DNA from: Halobacteriales archaeon QH_7_65_31
Lineage (GTDB): Archaea; Halobacteriota; Halobacteria; Halobacteriales; Haloarculaceae
DNA: 64,000 nucleotides
Assembly (NCBI GenBank): GCA_003021785.1
Contig: PXQU01000005.1
Coordinates: forward strand, 10,850 to 74,849
Direction: 5' to 3'
Positions 7,220 to 16,002 of the stretch are shown one piece after another. The translations under genes and the position numbers were made by a program. The first letter of the stretch is position 1. Each line of letters begins with the position of its first letter. A model generated the notes under the pieces. The model was not told the origin of the DNA and did not search any database. It saw only the letters and a list, made by a program, of their open reading frames with translations.

Positions 7220-8341
7220 ATGAGCGACGCTCGCCAGTTCTGTCCCCAGTGCGGGGACCCGGTGGCACGCCCCGACGACGCCGATCTCCCGGGCAGTGCC
7301 CGCGACCCCGACGCCGTCCTCTGTGACGACTGCTACTTCGCTGAGTTCGAGCTGGTCGACGCCCCCGACCGCATCGAGGTACAGGTCTGTTCGCAGTGCG
7401 GTGCGGTCCAGCGCGGCAACCGCTGGATCGACGTGGACGCGGACGACTACACCGATGTCGCCGTCGACGAGACCGCCGAGGCGCTGGGCGTCCACGTCGA
7501 CGCCCGCGAGGTGACGTGGGGCGTCGAACCCGAACAGGTGGACCAGAACACCATCCGGATGCACGCCACGTTCACCGGCTTCATCCGCGAGACGCCGCTT
7601 CAGGAGGAGCTGACGGTTCCGGTCTACATCGCTCGCGGGACCTGTGACCGCTGTGGCCGTATCGCCGGCGACTACTGGAACGCGCTCGTCCAAGTGCGCG
7701 GGACGAACCGGACCCCGACGACCGCGGAGATGGACCGCGCCGAGACCATCGCTCGCGAGTACATCGCCGAGCGCGAGGCGACGGGTGACCGCAACGCCTT
7801 CATCACGAGCGCGAAGCGGGGCGACAGCGGGCTGAATCTGAAGATCTCGGCCAATCAGATGGGCGAGGCGATCGCCCACCGCATCGTCCGCGAGCTCGGC
7901 GGCGGCGTGTCGGCCGCGGAGACGCTCGCGACCGAGGACGGCGACGGAAACGAACTCTACCGGGTCACGTTCGTCGCCCGCCTCCCCGAGTTCACCCCCG
8001 GTGACGTGGTCGAGTTCGACGACGGCGACGGGCCGGTGCTGGTGACGAGCGCCCACGGCAATCTGAAGGGCGTTCGCGTCGAGACGGGCGACCGCTACGA
8101 GGCCAGCTACGAGGAGGGAATCGCCCCTGACGGACGGAAGCTCGGCGACAGCGCCGACAGCGACCGGACGACCGTCGTCGCGGTGGAAGACGAGCACGCC
8201 GTCCAGCTGCTCGACCCCGAAACGTTCGAATCGAAGACCGTTCCCCGACCCGACTACATGGACCCCGACGCCGACGAAGTGCCGGTTCTGCGCTCGCGCG
8301 CCGGACTGCACGTGCTTCCCGCGGAGGAGCAGGATGTCTGA
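7220..8341 (+). CDS. NMD3-family protein (archaeal homologue of the 60S export adaptor)
   Basis: 373 aa. N-terminal CxxC pairs (CPQCGDP...CDDCY...CSQCGA...CDRCGR) and the overall length are typical of archaeal NMD3. Confidence 0.85.
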   Translation: MSDARQFCPQCGDPVARPDDADLPGSARDPDAVLCDDCYFAEFELVDAPDRIEVQVCSQCGAVQRGNRWIDVDADDYTDVAVDETAEALGVHVDAREVTWGVEPEQVDQNTIRMHATFTGFIRETPLQEELTVPVYIARGTCDRCGRIAGDYWNALVQVRGTNRTPTTAEMDRAETIAREYIAEREATGDRNAFITSAKRGDSGLNLKISANQMGEAIAHRIVRELGGGVSAAETLATEDGDGNELYRVTFVARLPEFTPGDVVEFDDGDGPVLVTSAHGNLKGVRVETGDRYEASYEEGIAPDGRKLGDSADSDRTTVVAVEDEHAVQLLDPETFESKTVPRPDYMDPDADEVPVLRSRAGLHVLPAEEQDV

Positions 8342-9311
8342 GCTGGCGGTCGTCGTCCCCCGCGAGGCGACGGAGGCGACGCTCGATTCACTCGCCAGCA
8401 CGGGCCACTACGACGACTCCCGGTCGATACAGCCACACGGCGAGGGGGTCGCGATCCCGGTCACCGACGCGCCAGCTGGATACGACGCCGTGCCGGTAGA
8501 GCTGCCGGCGCGCAACCGCGATCTCCGCGACGCGCTCGCCGAGCGCGGCTGGGATGAGTCGAAACTCGACCGCCTCCCGACCTCGTGGGCCATCGTCGGG
8601 TCCTGTCTCCTCATTCAGGATGACGACTTCCCGAACCCGCCGGTCGTCGGCGAGGCGTTACTCGATCTCCACGGCGAGGCCGATACCGTGCTCGTCTCGC
8701 ACGGGATCGAGGGGAGCCAGCGTACCCCCGACGTGGAGGTCATCGCCGGAACCGGGGACACCGAGGTCGTCCACGCGGAACACGGGACGAAGTACGCGCT
8801 CGATCTCGCGACGGTGATGTTCTCGCCGGGCAATCAGACCGAGCGCGCGCGGATGGGTGCGGCGGTCTCGCCCGACGAACACGTCTTCGATATGTTCGCT
8901 GGCATCGGCTACTTCACGCTCCCGATGGCGCGGGCCGGCGCGACGGTGACCACCGCGGAGATCAACCCCGAGGCCTACCGCTATCTCGTCGAGAATGCCG
9001 TCCTCAACGGCATCGAAGACCGCCTCTCCGCGTTCCGAGCCGACTGCCGTGACGTGGACGCGTCGTCCGTCGACCGCGTCGTCATGGGCCACTACGACGC
9101 CGTCGACTACCTCGATACGGCCCTCGATGCGCTCGATTCGGGGACGATACATCTCCACGCCACCGTGCCGACGGACGACCCGTGGACGGAACCGGTTACG
9201 GCGCTCGAGTCGGCGACCGGTGACCGACTTCTTGAGGTTCTCGACCGCCGAGTCGTCAAGAGCTACGCGCCCGGTATCGACCACGTCGTCGTGGACGCGC
9301 GCGTGGACTGA
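8334..9311 (+). CDS. trm5: tRNA methyltransferase of the Trm5/Taw2 (Met-10+) family
   Basis: 325 aa. The SAM-binding motif VFDMFAGIGYFTLPMA and the downstream NP-containing motif (EINPEAY) are present. The start overlaps the NMD3 stop by 8 nt (ATGTCTGA). Confidence 0.82.
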   Translation: MSELAVVVPREATEATLDSLASTGHYDDSRSIQPHGEGVAIPVTDAPAGYDAVPVELPARNRDLRDALAERGWDESKLDRLPTSWAIVGSCLLIQDDDFPNPPVVGEALLDLHGEADTVLVSHGIEGSQRTPDVEVIAGTGDTEVVHAEHGTKYALDLATVMFSPGNQTERARMGAAVSPDEHVFDMFAGIGYFTLPMARAGATVTTAEINPEAYRYLVENAVLNGIEDRLSAFRADCRDVDASSVDRVVMGHYDAVDYLDTALDALDSGTIHLHATVPTDDPWTEPVTALESATGDRLLEVLDRRVVKSYAPGIDHVVVDARVD

Positions 9312-9359
9312 ACTGACGGCGACCCGGAGCTATTTACGAGACTGCACACAGCTACGGGT

Positions 9360-10556
9360 ATGTACGTCGACTGCGGAACGCTGTACACGGGCGCGTCGGT
9401 CGTCGACGACGGGCGATTTACCGTCTCCGATGGACGCGTCGAGACGGTCGGAACACAGGAATCGGTCGCGGGCGAGGGGGAACGACTCGATCTCTCGACC
9501 GAGATCGTCGCTCCGGGGTTCATCGACGCCCACCTCCACCTGAAGGGCGCTCGGTCGATGGACCCGATGGCGTGGGTCACGGGGACAGTGAGCGAGGACG
9601 CCGCTCGCGCGGTCGCCGACGCCGACTCGCTCCTCGACGCCGGCTTCACGACCGTCCGCGACGTCGGCTCGGACGTGGCCATCGGCGTGCGAAACGCTAT
9701 CGACGGCGGCGAGATCGCGGGACCGCGCGTGTTCACCTCTGGGCGGTCGATCTCACAGACGGGCGGCCACGGCGATATGCATATGTTCCCTCGCGAGTGG
9801 GTGACGGACGGCGCGGGCATCTCCACGCTCGCCGACGGAGCCGACGAGTGTCGCCGGGTCGCCCGCGAGCGACACCGCGACGGAGCCGATCTCCTCAAGA
9901 TCATGACAACCGGCGGCGTCCTCTCCGAGAAGGACGACCCGAACGAGCCGCAGTTCACCGACGAGGAGGTGACCGCGCTCGTCGAGGAGGCCCACCGCGT
10001 CGGAATGCCGGTCGCGAGCCACGCACAGGGGAGCGAGGGGATCAAACGCGCCCTCGAAAACGGCGTCGACACCATCGAGCACGGGTTCCACGTCGACGAC
10101 GAGACCGTGGACCTCATGCTGGAGACCGACGCGACGTTCGTCCCGACGCTCGCTATCATGCACCGCATCCTCGCCGAGGGTGAGAGCCACGGCGTCCCGG
10201 AGCACGGACTCCGGAAGGCCCGTGCCGCGAGCGAGGCACACTACGAATCAGTCAAGCGGGCGAAGGCCGCCGGCGTCGAGATCGCCGCCGGGACGGACTT
10301 CATCGGCCCGGAGCTCATTCCGCACGGCGAGAACGCGCTCGAACTCGAACTGCTCGTGACGGAGGCCGACTTCACCCCGGCGGAGGCGATCGCCGCGGCC
10401 ACCACGACCGCGGGCCGCACCGTCCCCGACGACGTGGGCGGGCTGGCAACCGGCAACCACGCGGATTTCATCACGCTCGGCTCGGACCCGGCGACAGCTA
10501 TCGAGGCCGTGTACGACGTCGAGCGCGTCTACAAAGGCGGCGAGCGGGTTCGGTAG
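9360..10556 (+). CDS. Amidohydrolase-family metal-dependent hydrolase
   Basis: 398 aa. GFIDAHLHL metal-binding motif, later HAQG and EHG segments, and TDF near the C-terminus match the amidohydrolase (imidazolonepropionase / Xaa-Pro dipeptidase-like) superfamily pattern. Confidence 0.85.
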   Translation: MYVDCGTLYTGASVVDDGRFTVSDGRVETVGTQESVAGEGERLDLSTEIVAPGFIDAHLHLKGARSMDPMAWVTGTVSEDAARAVADADSLLDAGFTTVRDVGSDVAIGVRNAIDGGEIAGPRVFTSGRSISQTGGHGDMHMFPREWVTDGAGISTLADGADECRRVARERHRDGADLLKIMTTGGVLSEKDDPNEPQFTDEEVTALVEEAHRVGMPVASHAQGSEGIKRALENGVDTIEHGFHVDDETVDLMLETDATFVPTLAIMHRILAEGESHGVPEHGLRKARAASEAHYESVKRAKAAGVEIAAGTDFIGPELIPHGENALELELLVTEADFTPAEAIAAATTTAGRTVPDDVGGLATGNHADFITLGSDPATAIEAVYDVERVYKGGERVR

Positions 10557-10568
10557 ATCGGGGCGCGG

Positions 10569-10886
10569 TCAGCAGTCGTTCGAGACGGTCCCGACGAGAT
10601 ACGTCCGACCCTCGTAGCCGACCTTCGTCGGTCGGTCGAACACCGGCGTCTCGCTCCAGACGTACTCGGCGTCCGAGCCGAGCGCGTCGGTGAACGTCGT
10701 CTGTCGCGTCTCGCTCAGATTCGCATACGCCCGCGTCGGTGCGTCCTCGTCCCCGTCGAACTCCTCGTCCACGAACGTGCCGTACTGTCCACACCGCTGT
10801 CGATCGGAGGCGACCAGCCCGACGCCGACGGCAGCGACGAGCAGTATCGCGACGCCTGCGAGCTGGCGTCTGTTCGGCATACTCAT
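10569..10886 (-). CDS. Small membrane-anchored or secreted hypothetical protein
   Basis: 105 aa. An N-terminal hydrophobic anchor ([20 protein letters not shown]) is followed by an acidic domain with two Cys. Confidence 0.6.
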   Translation of the reverse strand: MSMPNRRQLAGVAILLVAAVGVGLVASDRQRCGQYGTFVDEEFDGDEDAPTRAYANLSETRQTTFTDALGSDAEYVWSETPVFDRPTKVGYEGRTYLVGTVSNDC

Positions 10887-10934
10887 TCAGTTCCGCGGAC
10901 TGACAAGTGTCTTCTGCTCCCCGTTGTCGAAGCG

Positions 10935-10940
10935 TTTAAT
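10935..10940 (+). promoter_or_regulatory. TATA box for mdh
   Basis: tttaat within gcgtttaatcg lies about 31 nt upstream of ATG 10969. The same cgtttaatcg string recurs upstream of the 15236 gene. Confidence 0.45.
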
Positions 10941-10968
10941 CGCGAACCGCCAGTCGTTGTACGCGAAC

Positions 10969-11880
10969 ATGACCAAGGTCAGTATCATCGGTGCTGCCGG
11001 CACGGTCGGCGCCGCCGCCGGCTACAACATCGCACTGCGTGACATCGCCGACGAGCTCGTCTTCGTCGACATCCCCGACATGGAGGAGAAGACGGTCGGG
11101 CAGGCGGCCGACACCAACCACGGGATCGCGTACGACTCCAACACCGTAGTCCGGCAGGGTGGGTACGCGGCGACCGAAGGCTCGGACGTGGTCGTCATCA
11201 CGGCCGGCATCCCGCGCAAAGAGGGGCAGACCCGCATCGATCTCGCGGGCGACAACGCCCCGATCATGGAGGACATCGGCGCGTCGATCGCCGAGTACAA
11301 CGACGAGTTCGTCTCCATCACGACCTCGAACCCGGTCGATCTGCTCAACCGCCACCTGTACGAGGCGGGCGAGCGCGATCGCCATCAGGTCATCGGCTTC
11401 GGAGGGCGGCTCGACTCCGCCCGCTTCCGCTACGTGCTGGCCGACCGCTTCGACGTTCCCGTCCGGAACGTCGAGGCCACGATCTTGGGCGAGCACGGCG
11501 ACGCGCAGGTCCCGGCGTTCTCGAAGGTGCGCGTGGACGGTCGTCACCCCGACTTCGAGGGCGAAAAAGAGGAGATTCTCGCGGACCTACAGGAGTCGGC
11601 GATGGACGTGATCTCCCGGAAGGGCGCGACCCAGTGGGGACCGGCGACGGGTGTCGCCCACATGGTCGAGGCCGTCGTGAACGACACCGGCGCGGTGTTA
11701 CCGGGATCGCTCGTGCTCGACGGCGAGTACGGCTACGAGGACACCGCCTTCGGCGTCCCGGTCAAGCTCGGTGCGAACGGCATCGAAGAAGTCGTCGAGT
11801 GGGAGCTCGACGAGTACGAACGCGAGCTGATGGACGAGACGGCCGCGAAGCTCTCCGAGCAGTACGAGCAGATCGCCTAA
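10969..11880 (+). CDS. mdh: Malate dehydrogenase (LDH-like MDH)
   Basis: The internal ATG gives [23 protein letters not shown] (Rossmann GxGxxG), ITAGIPRK and the catalytic EHGD. It is 303 aa, the typical haloarchaeal Mdh length. The upstream part of the track ORF is non-coding. Confidence 0.93.
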   Translation: MTKVSIIGAAGTVGAAAGYNIALRDIADELVFVDIPDMEEKTVGQAADTNHGIAYDSNTVVRQGGYAATEGSDVVVITAGIPRKEGQTRIDLAGDNAPIMEDIGASIAEYNDEFVSITTSNPVDLLNRHLYEAGERDRHQVIGFGGRLDSARFRYVLADRFDVPVRNVEATILGEHGDAQVPAFSKVRVDGRHPDFEGEKEEILADLQESAMDVISRKGATQWGPATGVAHMVEAVVNDTGAVLPGSLVLDGEYGYEDTAFGVPVKLGANGIEEVVEWELDEYERELMDETAAKLSEQYEQIA

Positions 11881-11917
11881 CGCTGTCCACGGCGGCTACC
11901 GTCCGAGCGAGTGCGGC

Positions 11918-12007
11918 TCACTCGTCGCGGTCGTCCTCGTCGACGCTCGCACCGACGAAGCCGGCCCACTCCTCGACGCGTCGATCGCGCTCTTCTGACT
12001 GAGGCAT
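11918..12007 (-). CDS. Possible 29-aa acidic micro-protein
   Basis: MPQSEERDRRVEEWAGFVGASVDEDDRDE has an ATG start with a strong TATA element (tatataat, 12030-12037) centred 26-27 nt upstream on the same strand. Confidence 0.3.
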   Translation of the reverse strand: MPQSEERDRRVEEWAGFVGASVDEDDRDE

Positions 12008-12029
12008 ACCCACACATCTCACAGCATCG

Positions 12030-12037
12030 TATATAAT
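12030..12037 (-). promoter_or_regulatory. TATA box in the ferredoxin/micro-ORF spacer
   Basis: The plus strand reads tatataat. It reads toward the 11918-12007 ORF at leaderless spacing and is flanked by the inverted repeat cccaca/tgtggg. Confidence 0.4.
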
Positions 12038-12048
12038 GGTTGTGGGGG

Positions 12049-12300
12049 TTACACGACCCGCTCGTCGCCGTCGTAGACTCTGATGGCGTCCACCGGACAG
12101 GAGCGAGCAGCGAACTTCGCGTCTAATTCGGCGTCACTCGGCAGCTCTCGGACCCGAACGTCGCTCCCCCAGTCGCGGTCGCTCGCCGCTCCGTCCGTCA
12201 ACACGGCCTTGCCGGCGTCGTTGTCCTCGGCGAGCCCGTCCCACTCGACGGTGCACTGGAACATCCCGATACAGGTGTCGCGGTCGTACTCGATTCGCAT
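12049..12300 (-). CDS. Ferredoxin (single-cluster Fe-S domain)
   Basis: 83 aa. DTCIGMFQC ... SCPVDAI supplies the cluster ligands, and the composition is acidic. Confidence 0.8.
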   Translation of the reverse strand: MRIEYDRDTCIGMFQCTVEWDGLAEDNDAGKAVLTDGAASDRDWGSDVRVRELPSDAELDAKFAARSCPVDAIRVYDGDERVV

Positions 12301-12353
12301 ACCGTCACTGCACGCGTGAGCACAAAGAGCGTAGCGACGACGCAGTGGACTGA

Positions 12354-12360
12354 ATTTAAA
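12354..12360 (+). promoter_or_regulatory. TATA box for hel308
   Basis: atttaaa is centred about 28 nt upstream of ATG 12385. Confidence 0.5.
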
Positions 12361-12384
12361 ACCGAAGCCGCGCTAACGGACGTA

Positions 12385-14673
12385 ATGGAAGCTTCTGACG
12401 TGCCTGCGGTCCCCGACTGGCTCCCGGGCCATCTCGAATCCGACGGCGTGGAGTCGCTGTACCCGCCACAGGCGGAGGCGGTCGATGCCGGGGTCACGGA
12501 GGGTTCGTCGCTGGTCGCCTCGATTCCGACCGCCTCGGGAAAGACGCTTATCGCGACCCTCGCCATGCTGTCGGCCGTCGAGCGCGGCGGGAAGGCGCTC
12601 TACATCGTCCCGCTGCGTGCCCTCGCCTCGGAGAAGAGAGCCGAGTTCGAGCAGTTCGAGCAGTACGGCGTCAATATCGGCGTCTCGACGGGGAACTACG
12701 ACTCCGACGGCGAGTGGCTCGCCGAGAAGGATATCATCGTCGCCACCTCCGAGAAGGTGGACTCGCTCGTCCGCAACGGGGCGGGGTGGCTCTCACAGCT
12801 CGACTGCGTCGTCGCCGACGAGGTACATCTCGTCGACGACGCGACCCGCGGCCCGACGCTGGAGGTGACGCTCGCGAAGCTCCGTTCGCGCAACCCCGGA
12901 CTCCAGATCGTCGCGCTCTCGGCGACGATCGGCAACGCCGACGAGCTGGCCGGCTGGCTCGACGCCGAGCTTGTGGACTCCTCGTGGCGACCGATCGATC
13001 TCCGGAAGGGAGTCCACTTCGGACAGGCGCTCCACTTCGACGACGGCAGTCAGGAACAGCTCAGCGTGCAGGGGAGCGAGAAGCCGACCGCCGCGGTCGT
13101 CCGCGACACGCTCCGTGACACCGTCGAGGACGGCGACACGATCGAGGAGGGCGGCTCGACGCTCGTCTTCGTCAACTCCCGGCGGAACGCCGAGGCCGCC
13201 GCCGGGCGACTCGCGACCGTCGTCGGGACCGAGCTGGACGGCGACGAGCTGGCCGCGCTCGCGACGGTCGCCGACGAGATTCGCGACGTGAGCGACACCG
13301 AGACGAGCGACGATCTCGCCGATGCGGTCGAGCAGGGCGCGGCGTTCCACCACGCCGGGCTGTCCCCCGGCCACCGCGAACTCGTGGAGGAGGCGTTCCG
13401 CGACCGGCTCGTCAAATGCGTCTGTGCGACGCCGACGCTCGCCGCGGGCGTCAACACGCCGTCCCGGCGCGTCGTCGTGCGGGACTGGCGGCGCTACTCC
13501 GGTGACGCCGGTGGGATGCAGCCGCTGTCCGTGCTCGAAGTCCACCAGATGATGGGGCGGGCGGGCCGTCCGGGCATGGACCCGTACGGCGAGGCGCTGC
13601 TGCTCGCGAGCAGCCACGACGAGCTCGACGAGCTGTTCGAGCGGTACGTCTGGGCCGACCCCGACCCCGTCCGGTCGAAGCTGGCTGCGGAGCCGGCGAT
13701 GCGGTCCCATCTGCTCGCGACGATTGCGTCCGGATTCGCCGATTCGCGGGAGACGCTGTTATCGTTTCTCGACGGGACGCTCTATGCCGCACAGACCGGC
13801 GAGGAGGAGCGGCTCGAACGCGTGATGGACGAGATGCTCGCGTATCTCGAACGGAACGGGTTCATCGAACGGACCGATAGGGGTGACACCGAGCGGCTGA
13901 CGGCGACGAACCTCGGTCACACCGTCTCTCGGCTCTATCTCGATCCGATGAGCGCCGCCACCATCATCGACGGGATCGCCGACGCCGACGACCCGACCGC
14001 GCTCGGTCTCTACCAGCTCGTCTCGCGCACGCCGGACATGTACCAGCTGTATCTCCGCTCCGGGGAGCGCGAACAGTACACGCAGCTCGCGTACGATCAC
14101 GAGTCGGAGCTGCTGGGCGCACAGCCGTCGGAGTTCGAGGAGTCCCGCTTCGAGGACTGGCTCTCGGCGCTGAAGACGGCCAAGCTGTTGGACGACTGGG
14201 CGGGCGAGACCGACGAGGACCGCATCACCGAACGCTACGGCGTCGGTCCCGGGGACATCCGCGGGAAGGTGGACACCGCGGAGTGGCTGCTCGGGGCGGC
14301 CGAATCACTCGCCGGCGAGCGCGGGTTCGGTAACGTACAGGCGATCCGCGAGGCGAAAAAGCGCGTCCAGTACGGCGTCCGCGAGGAGCTCATCGACCTC
14401 GCAGGCGTGCGAAACGTCGGACGCAAGCGCGCCCGACGACTCTACGAGACGGGTATCGAGAGCCGCGACCAGCTCCGGAACGCGGACAAGTCAGTCGTGC
14501 TCGCCGCGCTCCGCGGGCGTGAACGCACCGCCGAGACGGTGCTCGAACACGCCGGCCACCCCGACCCCGAGATGGACGGCGTGACGCCCGATCCCGACGC
14601 CGAGCCGGTCGTGGTGAGCGGCGAGACCGAGGAGTCAGGCACAGAGGACCAGTCGAGTCTCGGTGACTTCTGA
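12385..14673 (+). CDS. hel308: Ski2-like DNA helicase Hel308
   Basis: Motif I (PTASGKT), DEVH, SAT, the ratchet and C-terminal HhH-like domain are present. I chose the ATG at 12385 ([13 protein letters not shown]) over the track's GTG at 12316 because of the TATA spacing. Confidence 0.92.
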   Translation: MEASDVPAVPDWLPGHLESDGVESLYPPQAEAVDAGVTEGSSLVASIPTASGKTLIATLAMLSAVERGGKALYIVPLRALASEKRAEFEQFEQYGVNIGVSTGNYDSDGEWLAEKDIIVATSEKVDSLVRNGAGWLSQLDCVVADEVHLVDDATRGPTLEVTLAKLRSRNPGLQIVALSATIGNADELAGWLDAELVDSSWRPIDLRKGVHFGQALHFDDGSQEQLSVQGSEKPTAAVVRDTLRDTVEDGDTIEEGGSTLVFVNSRRNAEAAAGRLATVVGTELDGDELAALATVADEIRDVSDTETSDDLADAVEQGAAFHHAGLSPGHRELVEEAFRDRLVKCVCATPTLAAGVNTPSRRVVVRDWRRYSGDAGGMQPLSVLEVHQMMGRAGRPGMDPYGEALLLASSHDELDELFERYVWADPDPVRSKLAAEPAMRSHLLATIASGFADSRETLLSFLDGTLYAAQTGEEERLERVMDEMLAYLERNGFIERTDRGDTERLTATNLGHTVSRLYLDPMSAATIIDGIADADDPTALGLYQLVSRTPDMYQLYLRSGEREQYTQLAYDHESELLGAQPSEFEESRFEDWLSALKTAKLLDDWAGETDEDRITERYGVGPGDIRGKVDTAEWLLGAAESLAGERGFGNVQAIREAKKRVQYGVREELIDLAGVRNVGRKRARRLYETGIESRDQLRNADKSVVLAALRGRERTAETVLEHAGHPDPEMDGVTPDPDAEPVVVSGETEESGTEDQSSLGDF

Positions 14674-15185
14674 TGGAGCTGGCGGAGGGTATCCTCACGA
14701 TCGGCGGTGATCGGTTTCCGGACACGGACGCGTTCGTCGCTCGCCTCACCGAGCTGGGCGATCAGTACGGCGTGACGATACAAGCGTTCGACGCCCGCTA
14801 CGTCGTCGGTCGCCGCCATCTCGAACGCGCGGTGACGCTGGCGGATCGCGAGCGAGCGCGCGACAACGCCATCGCCCGCGACCGGAGCGTCGAGATCCTC
14901 CTCTACGCGGCCGGTCGTCGACAGATTCGCCGCGCGCTCGAACTCGGGGTGAGCGAGGGCGAGACGCCGACTGTCGTCCTCGTCACGGCCGACGGAGCCG
15001 GCGACGAATCGGGCGCTCGTGCGGCTGTCACGGAGCTACTCGCCGAACGGCCGACGCTCGGCGACTCCGACGAGGCACGCGTTCGGTCGTTCTTCGGTGT
15101 CAGCGACCGGGAGCTGGCGGCCACCGACGCGTCGCTGGCGGATCTCGTCGTCGAGCGGGTCGCGCTGCTCGTCGTCGAGCGGTAG
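14673..15185 (+). CDS. cgi121: KEOPS complex subunit Cgi121
   Basis: 170 aa. The start overlaps the hel308 stop (TGATG). Size, the pattern RDRSVEILLYAAGRRQI and the hel308-cgi121 synteny known from Haloferax support the call. Confidence 0.72.
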   Translation: MELAEGILTIGGDRFPDTDAFVARLTELGDQYGVTIQAFDARYVVGRRHLERAVTLADRERARDNAIARDRSVEILLYAAGRRQIRRALELGVSEGETPTVVLVTADGAGDESGARAAVTELLAERPTLGDSDEARVRSFFGVSDRELAATDASLADLVVERVALLVVER

Positions 15186-15235
15186 CCCCGGTCGTTTAAT
15201 CGTCTAGGCGGCGAACGTTCGCCCGGTGAGTGTGA

Positions 15236-15547
15236 ATGGGTGAGTCGTCGGACGGACCAGAGGAGCGCCAGCACGAGCGCGCCGAACACGTCGAGGCGAT
15301 TCTCGACGCGGCGGAGACGGACGCCCAGACGTATCCGGCGAGCAGCGACGAGCTTGCCGCGGAGTACCGCGCGGCGGCGATCGATCTCGGCAACGAGACC
15401 GAGACGCTCGGGGACGCGTTCGACCGACTGGCCGACGAGTACAGCGAGTTTGCCTCGCCGGCCGAGGCGCGTGAGGCGCTCACAACGGAGGTCACGCGCG
15501 AAGAACGGTTCGACGAGACGTTCACCGACGACCCGACTCAGCAGTAG
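15236..15547 (+). CDS. Conserved haloarchaeal small acidic protein (DUF5789-like); paralogue of 3530-3799
   Basis: 103 aa. YPASSDELAAEY...NETETLGDAFDRL aligns with YPATTSELIEAY...NGTETVREALSRL of the 3530 gene. The cgtttaatcg TATA element lies at 15195-15200. Confidence 0.7.
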   Translation: MGESSDGPEERQHERAEHVEAILDAAETDAQTYPASSDELAAEYRAAAIDLGNETETLGDAFDRLADEYSEFASPAEAREALTTEVTREERFDETFTDDPTQQ

Positions 15548-15696
15548 TCGGCGAGCAGAGGAGCTTTCTCCGCCGGCATCGAGAGCCACGCGCCGTCCCG
15601 AGAAATGTCGGAAATGAGGTACGTGTCGTCGTCGACAGCAGCCATCACTTCCTCATCTGCGTCTGCACTCCCGGCAACCGCTGAGTCCGGAACCAT
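15538..15696 (-). CDS. Small acidic protein, 52 aa (not in the ORF track)
   Basis: Hand translation gives MVPDSAVAGSADADEEVMAAVDDDTYLISDISRDGAWLSMPAEKAPLLADYC. A TATA box lies at -27. Its 3' end overlaps the convergent 15236-15547 gene by 10 nt. Confidence 0.5.
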   Translation of the reverse strand: MVPDSAVAGSADADEEVMAAVDDDTYLISDISRDGAWLSMPAEKAPLLADYC

Positions 15697-15718
15697 GTGT
15701 GTGAATAGTTACCACGAG

Positions 15719-15727
15719 ATATATAAA
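15719..15727 (-). promoter_or_regulatory. TATA box for the 15696 micro-protein gene
   Basis: The plus strand reads atatataaa (tttatatat on the minus strand), centred 27 nt upstream of the minus-strand ATG at 15696. Confidence 0.5.
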
Positions 15728-16002
15728 CTTGGCGAAACGCGGGGCATCGATCGCTCTCGCTGTTCTGTCTACTTCGGCGGCCCTTCGGAGCAAACAGACA
15801 GATCTGACGGCCACTCCTCGAATATCTAAACGAACGGCGGGCGATCTCCGCTTTGACGTGACAAAACGTCTATTCCGGGGCGCGTATCTCTACACCGTCC
15901 CGAGGGAGCCTGAAACCGTCTGTACCAGCAGCTAAACGCTGTCTGACGTACCCGCTGTATTGCAGTAACTTTAACACCATTCAATAGGTACAACTGTGTG
16001 AG

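Noticed and set aside
7094-8401. 435-aa minus-strand ORF
   Set aside because: It lies entirely antisense to NMD3, is Arg/Gly/Val-rich and has no motifs. The plus-strand gene has conserved CxxC pairs and acidic composition.
10690-10968. 93 extra N-terminal codons on the mdh track ORF
   Set aside because: They overlap the minus-strand 105-aa gene. Mdh starts at [11 protein letters not shown], with a TATA box at the appropriate spacing.
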